Virus record (IMG/VR): IMGVR_UViG_3300024349_000035
Strand: one strand, 5' to 3'
Origin: a virus
DNA length: 64,000 nt
Positions within the stretch are counted from its first letter, which is position 1, and every line of letters starts with the position of its first letter. A program made the translations under genes and the position numbers. Below the pieces are notes generated by a model. That model ran no database searches and was not told the origin of the DNA. It saw only the letters and a list, made by a program, of their open reading frames with translations. Shown here piece after piece: positions 16,094 to 24,801 of the stretch.

Positions 16094-16403
16094 ACTTGAT
16101 TTTGCCCTCCGCGACTGCCTGTGCGTACCGATACCCGTAGTAGAGCGAGAGCCGGAGCAGCATGGTCAAATCCATGCGCTTGCCCTCTTCCGTGCGGGAA
16201 AACCCGAATATCATCTGGCTCATACAGTGGAACGCCATGCTGTCTTCCGGTGAAGCGATCAGTTCATCGTTGTGCGACTCGCTTTCCAGCCAGTCCGTCG
16301 CCACATCATGCACCCGGTCATGCAGTCTTTCAAGCGAGGCATTTTCCAGCGCTTCATTGAGCGCTTGCTCGATCCAATCATCTCTGCGCATCGGGTCGAT
16401 CAA
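16086..16403 (-). CDS. hypothetical protein
   Basis: ORF with GAGGAG RBS downstream of a promoter. Confidence 0.6.
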   Translation of the reverse strand: MIDPMRRDDWIEQALNEALENASLERLHDRVHDVATDWLESESHNDELIASPEDSMAFHCMSQMIFGFSRTEEGKRMDLTMLLRLSLYYGYRYAQAVAEGKIKYA

Positions 16404-16436
16404 TGTATTCCTCCTTGTTAGGTATGCTCTCCTAAC

Positions 16437-16464
16437 ATTATAACAGAAATTGGTAGATAGGCAA
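16437..16464 (-). promoter_or_regulatory. sigma70-type promoter
   Basis: TTGCCT-16 nt-TATAAT (TG-extended) followed immediately by GTTAG; GGACACCC/GGGTGTCC hairpin just upstream. Confidence 0.65.
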
Positions 16465-16498
16465 GGACACCCATGATTAGGGTGTCCTCAACGGTTGG

Positions 16499-16777
16499 TT
16501 AATCCTGATCGATGCGCGGTTTCTGCTCTTCCATCATCTTGAAGCGCATCCCCATATTGGCAACTGAACGGCCTAGCTTGGCCTGTTCTTCTGCCAGCCA
16601 ATCCTTCGCCCCGCGTAGCATAAGGTTCAGGCGCATGATCTCCTCGCGGCTGCGCACCTTCTCTTTGCCACCTTCAGCAATCTCAGCCTGTATCTTGTCG
16701 ATCCATCCCTGCGCCTGCTGAATACCTATCCATTCATCCTCGAATGTGTTGCTGAGATGGGTCAGTAGACTTGTCAT
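16499..16777 (-). CDS. coiled-coil hypothetical protein
   Basis: Start MTSLLTH after a GGAGG RBS. Confidence 0.6.
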   Translation of the reverse strand: MTSLLTHLSNTFEDEWIGIQQAQGWIDKIQAEIAEGGKEKVRSREEIMRLNLMLRGAKDWLAEEQAKLGRSVANMGMRFKMMEEQKPRIDQD

Positions 16778-16794
16778 GTGTTTACCTCCATTCA

Positions 16795-18444
16795 CTAAAA
16801 CGGAATTTCCACAGTCGGTTCGTCGCTGGCGGGCGGTTCTGACTGCTCCGCTGGCTTCTTACCGTTGGGCTTCGGCTTAGGATGCGGTTTAGCTTCCTGT
16901 GGAAGCGGGTTGCCTGACTTGTTCAGCTTATCGAACGCAGTCAGCCGCGCATGATGCTGATCCAAAAACTCCTGTGTCGGCGCTGCGGCAGGCGGGGGCT
17001 TGGGATACTCCATGCCGGGATGGGTCTGCTTCCACTCACGATAGCTGAGTGCCTCGAACATAAATCTGCCGCCGACATGCACGCACTCTACCGTGCCGCC
17101 GCGCCCTGCGCCGTCGCTGTTCTTCTCGACCACCAGCTTGACGAACGGCGACCACTGACCCGGCTCTGCCAGTGTGATCCCATCGACTACAATCGGCTCA
17201 CCCTCCACGCGCTGCGCCTGAATACGGATCAAACCCTGAGCCTTGACCTCAATATCCCGGCTATCCTTCGTACCCGTCCGACCTACCACCTGCCCCTTGA
17301 ATGTCTCGTATTCGGCCTCTTGCGAAGCCAGAAACATGATGGTCTTATGGGCAGGAGACTCAGCGCGGCGCTTGAGAATTTCGACGCTTTCCGATAGAGC
17401 AGCAGCGCGTGTTCCCAAAACTTTCTGCAAGGCCGTTGTGTCCAGCTTCTGCGCGTAGTCAATGAACACAGCATAGGGCTTCATAACAGCGATCTTCTGC
17501 GAAATCCAGGCTGCTGTTGCACCGGGACAATGAATGTACTTGATCTTGCCGGGAAAGCCCTTCTTCATCCGGTACGCCCTCATCATCATGTTGCGCGGAT
17601 CACCGTTGCGGAGTTCCTTCATACTTGCGCTCGTTAGGCGTGCAGCAGCGCGTCGGATAACCCGCTCATGGTCGTCTTCCAGATGAAAGATTGCGATAAC
17701 AGGCTGCGACCCGTCAGGGTTGAGTTTCGCGCCGCGCGCCATACCCTCTGCGATCTGGTGCAAGAGGCTTGACTTCCCGGTAGAGTTCAAGCCCGAAACG
17801 ATGTACAGCAAGCCGGGAATGAGTTCATCAAACATCTCAACCAGCTTGCCCAACTCATAGGGCAGATACGGGGGGACTTCCTTGCGGGCAATGCGATCTT
17901 CCCCCTCCTGCTTGAGTCTGGTGATGAGTTTGAGTTCGCCGTCATCGTCCAACACCTGACTGTCCGCGAAGTCAGGCCGCACCTCGTCCAGCGCTGCGGC
18001 AAGTTCGCCCCACCGAGTATTCGCCGTACCGATGTCGCTGGTAACAATATTCTGCGCCTTCCTGATGAAGTCGCTCTTCATGCGATCTTCGATGTGCAGT
18101 TCATTCAGCGTAGCCGCTGTACCCTGCAACCAGTCCAGCGTGTTACCGCCATGACCCGCCAGCTTGTGTAGCTCTGCCGTAATGGTATCGATCTCGGAGT
18201 TAGCAAGCCCTTCGACAACGATGATCTTGGCGAGAAACTCAGGGGTTGGCGCTTCCCCGGCGTACCGGGGATCGTCGTTCGCCAGTTCCAGCGCCTTGAG
18301 CGTGATCTTGCACACCTGATCGGTGATGAGTTTCGCATCCCAGTTGACGTGCGCCAACTGGCTGTACATGCCCTGTGGACGCTCAGGGGTGGCAATCAAG
18401 CTGCCCACGAATGACCGTTGATTGGGAAGACTGCTCTCGTTCAT
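16795..18444 (-). CDS. DnaB-like replicative helicase
   Basis: Walker A SGLNSTGKSS, IFHLED, FIDYAQKL, FLASQ; Pro-rich C-terminal tail ending in EIPF. Confidence 0.85.
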   Translation of the reverse strand: MNESSLPNQRSFVGSLIATPERPQGMYSQLAHVNWDAKLITDQVCKITLKALELANDDPRYAGEAPTPEFLAKIIVVEGLANSEIDTITAELHKLAGHGGNTLDWLQGTAATLNELHIEDRMKSDFIRKAQNIVTSDIGTANTRWGELAAALDEVRPDFADSQVLDDDGELKLITRLKQEGEDRIARKEVPPYLPYELGKLVEMFDELIPGLLYIVSGLNSTGKSSLLHQIAEGMARGAKLNPDGSQPVIAIFHLEDDHERVIRRAAARLTSASMKELRNGDPRNMMMRAYRMKKGFPGKIKYIHCPGATAAWISQKIAVMKPYAVFIDYAQKLDTTALQKVLGTRAAALSESVEILKRRAESPAHKTIMFLASQEAEYETFKGQVVGRTGTKDSRDIEVKAQGLIRIQAQRVEGEPIVVDGITLAEPGQWSPFVKLVVEKNSDGAGRGGTVECVHVGGRFMFEALSYREWKQTHPGMEYPKPPPAAAPTQEFLDQHHARLTAFDKLNKSGNPLPQEAKPHPKPKPNGKKPAEQSEPPASDEPTVEIPF

Positions 18445-18450
18445 AGTGTT

Positions 18451-19902
18451 CTACCTCCTCTGTGCCGCTTTCCACTTCGCGTATTCTTTCTCGCCCAAAC
18501 CTTCACGCATCATTGCGTCAACTTCTTCGTCGGTCAGGTCTGGTACTGCATCCACCGATGAAATGCCTTCGGCCTGCTGACGGAGCGCCAGCGCCGTAAT
18601 CTCCGCGTCCCGCTGCGCACGCTCACGCTGCGCCACTTCCAATGCCCGCCGTTCGGCCTCGACCCGCGCCTTGTACTCGTAGAAGCCCTTGCCGCCGTTC
18701 CGCAACTTGCAGACCAGCTTGACCAAATGATCCTCAGCGTCCCAATACTTCGTCTTGAGCGGCAACTGCGTTTCCCTGTACCACAGCAGCGCGTCCTTCT
18801 CAAGCCATTCCCGGTAGAGCGGGTCGGTGTGCCACAGGTCTTCCGGCGACGGGTCGGTGTGACCGGCGCTCACGACCTTGAGTTTCAGCTTGCCCCGCGC
18901 GTCGTCGCTCAACCGCGCGCCCATCTTCGGAAACTTGTGCGAACCCTTCAAGACAGACACCAGCAGGCTTTCCAGTTCCGTGATCGGGGGTAGAACCTTC
19001 TTGCCCTCGTCACCCACCTGTACCTCGTCATCAGCCGGAATCCCGCTGCTGGCGAGTGCCTCTGCCACATTGACTTTGGTAGAGGCTTTGCGCGCCCGGT
19101 CTTCTGCCCGCTTCTTCGCACGTAGCGCCGCTTGAGAGGTGGGGGTAGAGGTTGAGGCGGGCGCGGCGGCTGTCCTCGTTTCTACCCCGCCCTTGAACAT
19201 CCCCAGTCTGGAGGGGGGAGCCTGCGGAGCAGGCGACGGGCCTGCCTCGCGTGTACCTGCACGCGCGCGCGTGGGGTCTTCCTCCTCCGAAGATGGGGGG
19301 ACTAAAGGGGGGAAAGAAGAGGGGGTGTGGGGGAGAGGAAAGGGGGGAACAAGGGGGGAAGGAACATAACCGCTGCGGTCAGCCGCAGAGGTCGCATCGT
19401 CCTCTACCCCTTCCTCGGCTATATCAGACAGTTCCTCGACTTCACGGCTCTCTTTGACGAGTACCGGAATCCCGCTCTGCCCGACTTCCCCGGTCAGAAT
19501 GTAGTCCTCGAACTGCGCCCGATTCTTGCGGGTCATCAGACTGTAATCAATTTCGTCTGCCCGCTTGCAGTATTCGGCAAACACATCCCAGTTGATCGAG
19601 ATTAGCTTACGCGGGGCGCGGCCTTCGGTTGCGTCCAGAACGCGAACCAGATTACGGGCTTTCAGCACGTCAAGCGCCGTGCGTGCTTCGCTGGTGGTGA
19701 GGTTTGCCAACTGGAACCAGTCTTCGTGATTGACAATGATGTACAGCACGTCATCGATCCAGATGTACGGAACATCCGGCTCTTGCCGGCTCGTTAAATC
19801 CGCGATGCAGTCAAACATCCAATGTGCGTTGATGCTGCCCATGATCAGTGACAAGCCTGCTTTGGGCATATTCTTGGCTGCGCGATACACATAACCAAAC
19901 AT
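18451..19902 (-). CDS. phage replication initiator (putative)
   Basis: N-terminal wHTH-like region (ARTALDVLKARNLVRV), low-complexity Pro-rich linker, position between primase and helicase. Confidence 0.55.
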   Translation of the reverse strand: MFGYVYRAAKNMPKAGLSLIMGSINAHWMFDCIADLTSRQEPDVPYIWIDDVLYIIVNHEDWFQLANLTTSEARTALDVLKARNLVRVLDATEGRAPRKLISINWDVFAEYCKRADEIDYSLMTRKNRAQFEDYILTGEVGQSGIPVLVKESREVEELSDIAEEGVEDDATSAADRSGYVPSPLVPPFPLPHTPSSFPPLVPPSSEEEDPTRARAGTREAGPSPAPQAPPSRLGMFKGGVETRTAAAPASTSTPTSQAALRAKKRAEDRARKASTKVNVAEALASSGIPADDEVQVGDEGKKVLPPITELESLLVSVLKGSHKFPKMGARLSDDARGKLKLKVVSAGHTDPSPEDLWHTDPLYREWLEKDALLWYRETQLPLKTKYWDAEDHLVKLVCKLRNGGKGFYEYKARVEAERRALEVAQRERAQRDAEITALALRQQAEGISSVDAVPDLTDEEVDAMMREGLGEKEYAKWKAAQRR

Positions 19903-19919
19903 CTATCTACCTCCGTGCC

Positions 19920-21161
19920 TCAGGCGATTGCCTGTGCTTGTTCCAGTAAGTAGGGGCGCACGATTACGCTGATCCGCTGTAGCCAGTTGTTCAGCACCAC
20001 CAGTCCGTGCTTCTCCGCAATCTCGCCAGGGTCTTTGTAGCCCGCATCTGCGATCACCACGTAAGCTGCGCTAACCTTACCAGCCTTGATACTGTCGCGT
20101 ATCTTCTTGGCAATCGCCATACCCTTGCCCTTGTTGTTGGCCTGATCATCCCGATCCGCAATAATGAAGACATTCTCGATTCTGCGGAACACTTCGGGCA
20201 GGTGTGCGTTCCAGTCGTTGCGCTCCTTATAGGCAAACGCCGGATAACCCATCTGCCGGAGCAGGATTGCATCGGCCTTGCTCTCGACCACCAGACCCGC
20301 CTTGAAGCGCGGGCCGATCCGTGAGCTATCCGGCAAACTCAGGAGATCGTCGCCCCAAATGCCATGCTGCGACGTAGCGAGTTCCTTGTATTTGTCCCAC
20401 TTCCACTCAACCAGTTCCTGCGCCGATGGTTCATGCAGCCAACTTGCGTCCATGTGACCGTCCCTGACCTGTGCCTGCCAGAACGCTTCCAGTTCTTCCG
20501 CCCACTTGATGACGGTTTCCGAAGGCAGCGCCGCCAGATAATCCCGGCAATATTTGTCGTCGCGCCGCAGGTCTACCGCCCGCACATACGGCTGGCAGTT
20601 CTCATCCAGCGCAATGTTCGGGATGGTGTACCCGGCAGGCAGCTTGCAGGTCGTGGGATGCTCGACGTAGCCGAGCAGGTACTTGTCTACCGACTCCGCA
20701 TTGATGCCGCGCTTGCCCCAATAGGCAATCGCTTTCGCGCGCCCGCGCTTGTGCATGGCGATCACATCTTCCAGCGTGACCTTGACGTTCGCCTTGTCTT
20801 TGGCAGGGGTCGGCGGCTCAAGTTCGGGCTTCTTCCGCTCCGTTGTGCGCTGAAACGAACCGCGATCCCACCCTGCCCATCGTTCGCCTGTGAGGATCAT
20901 CCACAGGTTTTCCCCGACCCAGTAGGCCGGATTATCGACAGGTAGACCGCGCTCATAGCCTTCGTGAGCGCTGATGTTTCGGTCTGCCTCACGACACCAC
21001 CACAGGCAGTAATCCCCGAAGTCCGTGATGTAGCACCGATCCTTGCCGCCGCACACCGGACAATACCCGTAATACCGCGTGTACCCGTCAGGGCCGTTGT
21101 ACTGCCGCGTCCAGTTGAGATGCGCCAGCAGATCGCCCGCGCCAACCCGATCTTGAGGCAT
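19920..21161 (-). CDS. DNA primase (Zn finger + TOPRIM)
   Basis: CPVCGGKDRC...WWCR zinc module; VVESKADA and IADRDD TOPRIM motifs; YKDPGE. Confidence 0.85.
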   Translation of the reverse strand: MPQDRVGAGDLLAHLNWTRQYNGPDGYTRYYGYCPVCGGKDRCYITDFGDYCLWWCREADRNISAHEGYERGLPVDNPAYWVGENLWMILTGERWAGWDRGSFQRTTERKKPELEPPTPAKDKANVKVTLEDVIAMHKRGRAKAIAYWGKRGINAESVDKYLLGYVEHPTTCKLPAGYTIPNIALDENCQPYVRAVDLRRDDKYCRDYLAALPSETVIKWAEELEAFWQAQVRDGHMDASWLHEPSAQELVEWKWDKYKELATSQHGIWGDDLLSLPDSSRIGPRFKAGLVVESKADAILLRQMGYPAFAYKERNDWNAHLPEVFRRIENVFIIADRDDQANNKGKGMAIAKKIRDSIKAGKVSAAYVVIADAGYKDPGEIAEKHGLVVLNNWLQRISVIVRPYLLEQAQAIA

Positions 21162-21177
21162 GGTGTATACCCTCCTT

Positions 21178-22110
21178 TTAGTTTTCGTTCAGGCTTGACA
21201 GATAGCCCGACAAATCCAGTTTGCTCTCGCCATCCGGCGTGAGGTCAGCCGGAGTCCGGTAACCCAGTTCTTCGTACACGTCGCCAACGGTGACTTCCTT
21301 GAAGTCCACCGCCGCGCCGAGCATCTTGATGATGCGTTCATCCTCTTTCTCGTTGCGCGGCACGATGATATAGGCTGTGCCGTTGCCAATTGGGATCGGG
21401 AGCGACATGCCCGCGATAGCTTTCTTCGCGTTGCCGCCCGTCTTGGGGATGGTCTGGTAGACGGTACGCACGTGATCGCGCACCTGTACATCAGGGTTCA
21501 CGGTACTCTGCAAGAGCGGGGTCATCTTCGCCATGTCCGGCTTTTCCAGTCGGCGTGCCGCCCGCAGCGTTTCCCGCAGCTTGCCTTGTTCGGCCTCTGC
21601 CAGATTATCCAGCGTGACCCCCGGCACTTTGTTCTGCACAATCGCACCCAAGAGCCATGTCACGCCCATCTGCTCCGTCAGCAGCATACGCAGGATCAAC
21701 TCTTCGTGATACTTCATGCCGGAGTTCTCGATCACGCTGGTCAGCCATTCCTCAAAGTCCTCGAACTGGACTTCGGTAGACTCGCCTGAGTTGATGTACA
21801 TTGAAGGCAGGCGCGTGTGCATCCATGTCCCGTTCCTGAACGCATGGATGACACGCTTGCGCATGGCGCTGGATGACGTGTCTGCCAGTCTGCCCAGGAA
21901 GATCGAGATGATGTAGTCCTTCGTGCCTTGAAAGACTTCGGGGTTCGACGTATCTACCCCATGCTTGCGGAGTTGCAGCGTGACCAGCCCATCGACCAGC
22001 GTATCAATCGGCTGCGTGTCTGTGCCTTTTGAGGAGAGCGCTTCGGTCAGCGCGTTCAGAATCTGCTTGACGGTTGATTCGTTTGACGGTACAATACTCT
22101 TAACTGACAT
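21178..22110 (-). CDS. hypothetical protein
   Basis: 310 aa ORF, codon usage like its neighbours. Confidence 0.7.
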   Translation of the reverse strand: MSVKSIVPSNESTVKQILNALTEALSSKGTDTQPIDTLVDGLVTLQLRKHGVDTSNPEVFQGTKDYIISIFLGRLADTSSSAMRKRVIHAFRNGTWMHTRLPSMYINSGESTEVQFEDFEEWLTSVIENSGMKYHEELILRMLLTEQMGVTWLLGAIVQNKVPGVTLDNLAEAEQGKLRETLRAARRLEKPDMAKMTPLLQSTVNPDVQVRDHVRTVYQTIPKTGGNAKKAIAGMSLPIPIGNGTAYIIVPRNEKEDERIIKMLGAAVDFKEVTVGDVYEELGYRTPADLTPDGESKLDLSGYLSSLNEN

Positions 22111-22438
22111 GGGATACCTCCGTGTCCAGTGATACCGGGGTGAACGCTACTTCACCCCGTTTTGCTTTCGGTTTCCTGCTCAACTTACGGCGCTGTTCTG
22201 CGCGTTTGGCGACCAGCGTCCGCGCACAACCCTGACATATCCTGCGCTGGTACTCTAGTGCCATCTTGGGTTCTATCGGGCGTTTATGCTGCATCGGCTG
22301 TTTACACAACGGACGCTTCTTCTCAATGTCCTTGTCCGACCCGTCTGCCATGACCAGATGCGCAATGCGATCTTCCGGGCCATATACAGACGATACGATG
22401 TATTCCGTGCCATCGGGTGCAGGGGGTAGTTTATACAT
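22100..22438 (-). CDS. hypothetical protein (Cys/His motif), probably leaderless
   Basis: AHL...PLC...ICQGC; ATG lies 7 nt downstream of the -10 box at 22445-22450. Confidence 0.6.
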   Translation of the reverse strand: MYKLPPAPDGTEYIVSSVYGPEDRIAHLVMADGSDKDIEKKRPLCKQPMQHKRPIEPKMALEYQRRICQGCARTLVAKRAEQRRKLSRKPKAKRGEVAFTPVSLDTEVSHVS

Positions 22439-22444
22439 GAGATT

Positions 22445-22473
22445 AGATTAGCACACCTAATCCTTTCTGTCAA
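22445..22473 (-). promoter_or_regulatory. sigma70-type promoter
   Basis: TTGACA-17 nt-TAATCT with extended -10 TG. Confidence 0.7.
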
Positions 22474-22529
22474 ATGCAATGGGGGTGACGTGATCACCCC
22501 CATGATTGACTCGTTACGAACGGTAGATG

Positions 22530-23003
22530 TCAGTCTGTGTACTCTTCCGACTGCTTTTCTTCAGCGGCGACCCAATCCGGCACACCATCTTCCACAGGAA
22601 CGATGACAGGCCAGTTGATCGGGTCTTCCCCGTAGCGCCGGATGATCTCGTTCACGAAGTCAACGCCCGCCTTCGTCGGCAGCAGCGTCCGGCTAGATGT
22701 CCCGGTCAGCTTGATTAGCCCTGCGACCACCAGTTCGTCACGGATACGCTTGATCTGGTTAGGCCACTTGAGCGGCGAACCAAGACCGGGGTGTTCCTCA
22801 AGGTATTCGTTGAGCGCACCACGTTCGTCGCGCTCGGAGAACAGGTAGCCCGTTGTCGGCGGGTTGTACATGCTCGGTTTCATTTCATCTGGCACGCCTT
22901 CAAGCTGCTTGGTTTGCTGGCGGTTGTACTGAATCAACAGTGTTAAGGCAATGATGCCCCTGCGGGGTACTCTGATTTGTCCACTGGTCGGTAGTTTGCT
23001 CAC
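22530..23003 (-). CDS. winged-helix-like hypothetical protein
   Basis: IRDELVVAGLIKL...LLPTKAGVDFV wing pattern. Confidence 0.6.
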   Translation of the reverse strand: MSKLPTSGQIRVPRRGIIALTLLIQYNRQQTKQLEGVPDEMKPSMYNPPTTGYLFSERDERGALNEYLEEHPGLGSPLKWPNQIKRIRDELVVAGLIKLTGTSSRTLLPTKAGVDFVNEIIRRYGEDPINWPVIVPVEDGVPDWVAAEEKQSEEYTD

Positions 23004-23091
23004 TTACGTATCCTCCTCGTCTGCGCCTCTCCACTTCACATAATTTTAGGTGTGATACCCTTACGTGTCAACCCAAATCATGTGAGATCAC

Positions 23092-23133
23092 CTAACATTA
23101 TACCATCTCTCAACATGATGACAATGGTATAAT
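23092..23133. promoter_or_regulatory. overlapping divergent promoters
   Basis: Minus strand: TTGTCA-16 nt-TATAAT then GTTAG; plus strand: TG-extended TATAAT at 23128-23133. Confidence 0.65.
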
Positions 23134-23152
23134 TGTGGAGAGGAGTGTTGTG

Positions 23153-23773
23153 ATGCCAAGAAAACCGAAAGTACCACCGCCTGTTGAGCAGGCATTAGAA
23201 GTTCATGAATCTCCCATGCCGCTCGAAGAAATGAGCGAACGGCTGAGGTCGCTTAACCTCAAGCCGAACGAGTATGGAGATTTCATGAAGGCCGTTGATG
23301 TGTGCGTCCTGCTGCGCCAGGGGCAGACATGGGATCAGGTCAGCGCCGCCGTTGGTGTTCCCAAGCGCACGCTGCAATGGGATCGCTGGCAAAGCCTGAT
23401 TCGCAAGGCTATGACCTACCTGATCGACAGCGAAACCACACAGGTAAGAGCCGCCGAAGCAGCGGCGCTTGCAGAGTGGACAAACATTGTAAATATTCAG
23501 GTACACGTTGCGAAACACGGCAAGCTAGATCGGGATCGCATTGAGGCGGCGAAGTTCCTGCATGAAGCCATCGTGTCGAAGGTCAAAGAGATGCCCGATG
23601 TGTCGTCGCAGAAGAAGTACCTTGAGATGATGAATATGGACCCGACCAAACAATCCAACCAGCACGCGCCGATGAATGTCCTGCATGTGATCCACCATCA
23701 TCAGGCCGACGATCTTCCACAGGAAGATGACGATGCTGACATTATTGATGCAGCGACAGGACAGGTTGAATAA
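23153..23773 (+). CDS. HTH protein, terminase small subunit-like (putative)
   Basis: GQTWDQVSAAVGVPKRTL HTH; DRIEAAKFL helix; acidic disordered tail; the only plus-strand gene in a leftward block. Confidence 0.5.
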   Translation: MPRKPKVPPPVEQALEVHESPMPLEEMSERLRSLNLKPNEYGDFMKAVDVCVLLRQGQTWDQVSAAVGVPKRTLQWDRWQSLIRKAMTYLIDSETTQVRAAEAAALAEWTNIVNIQVHVAKHGKLDRDRIEAAKFLHEAIVSKVKEMPDVSSQKKYLEMMNMDPTKQSNQHAPMNVLHVIHHHQADDLPQEDDDADIIDAATGQVE

Positions 23774-24290
23774 CCTCTGCCCCTTCGTCGTTGACCCGTT
23801 GCCCGGTAATCATATCGTGGATAGATTCAAGCGCGGGTGCAGCGTCACGCAGGCGGTCTTCCCACCGCTGGTACTCTGACTCAAGGAGCAACCGGAAGGT
23901 GGGAATACCCCGATCATCGATCTGGTACTCAACCAGATACCCCTCATCCCACGTGATGAACGCGCTCCACGATTTGATCAGCTTGTAGGCTTCCCGAAAC
24001 GCATCCTGCCATTGCTCAGGGGGCTTGAAGGACGTAAGCATGTCCAACCCTGCCCCGGTGATCAGCGGGATAAGGTTGTGGCACTCGGTTGTATAGACCG
24101 ACACCACGCCCATTGTGTACGGGTTCAGGGCGAGTACCGTACCATATTCCCATGCCAGCGTTCTGCGCCTAAATGGGCCTTCCCACGTCTGAAACTGATG
24201 CAGGTAGGGGTACTTGTCCTTGAACTGTACCTGCGTCTTCTTAGCGCTCTTGCGCGCCTTCTTTTGCTCCTTGATGGTTGCCTTCGCCAC
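23742..24290 (-). CDS. hypothetical protein
   Basis: 182 aa ORF with GGAGG RBS. Confidence 0.65.
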   Translation of the reverse strand: MAKATIKEQKKARKSAKKTQVQFKDKYPYLHQFQTWEGPFRRRTLAWEYGTVLALNPYTMGVVSVYTTECHNLIPLITGAGLDMLTSFKPPEQWQDAFREAYKLIKSWSAFITWDEGYLVEYQIDDRGIPTFRLLLESEYQRWEDRLRDAAPALESIHDMITGQRVNDEGAEVIQPVLSLHQ

Positions 24291-24292
24291 AT

Positions 24293-24775
24293 CTACCTCC
24301 TTGTCTGTTTGAATCCCTTCCAGTCCTTCATGTCCTTCGGCAGATCACGCACGAAGCCGAACAGCGTGACCTTGCCAGCCGGGTAGAAGTGGTCATCGAT
24401 GACCGAGATGAACTTGCCACCACGCCAGTACACGTACTTGAGCAGGTGGAAGTCCTCCATGCCGATAGGTGTTCCCCACAACTGGAAGAAGTCCCCCACC
24501 GGGCGCGAGTCCATGTACGACACCCGCGTAATCGTCCGATCCGGGCCGACGCTGAAACTGATGGTGAAGTCCCGGCTGTAACAGGGCAGGTCGGGGTTGT
24601 TGCTGTATATCTGGTACTGGTAGTAGCAGTTGTAGGGTACGTAGATGTCGCCCAGTTCCATCCCAACCATGACCGACAGCTTCAGGTCAATCGGCTGCCG
24701 TTTGGGTGACAGCAGCCGCAGACCGTAGATTGTCCCGGCAATGACGACGATTAACGCGAGTGCGATACGCTTCAT
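24293..24775 (-). CDS. secreted or membrane-anchored hypothetical protein
   Basis: MKRIALALIVVIAGTIYG signal-like N-terminus. Confidence 0.65.
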   Translation of the reverse strand: MKRIALALIVVIAGTIYGLRLLSPKRQPIDLKLSVMVGMELGDIYVPYNCYYQYQIYSNNPDLPCYSRDFTISFSVGPDRTITRVSYMDSRPVGDFFQLWGTPIGMEDFHLLKYVYWRGGKFISVIDDHFYPAGKVTLFGFVRDLPKDMKDWKGFKQTRR

Positions 24776-24801
24776 GATCCGTTACCGTTAGGTATGATAA
24801 C

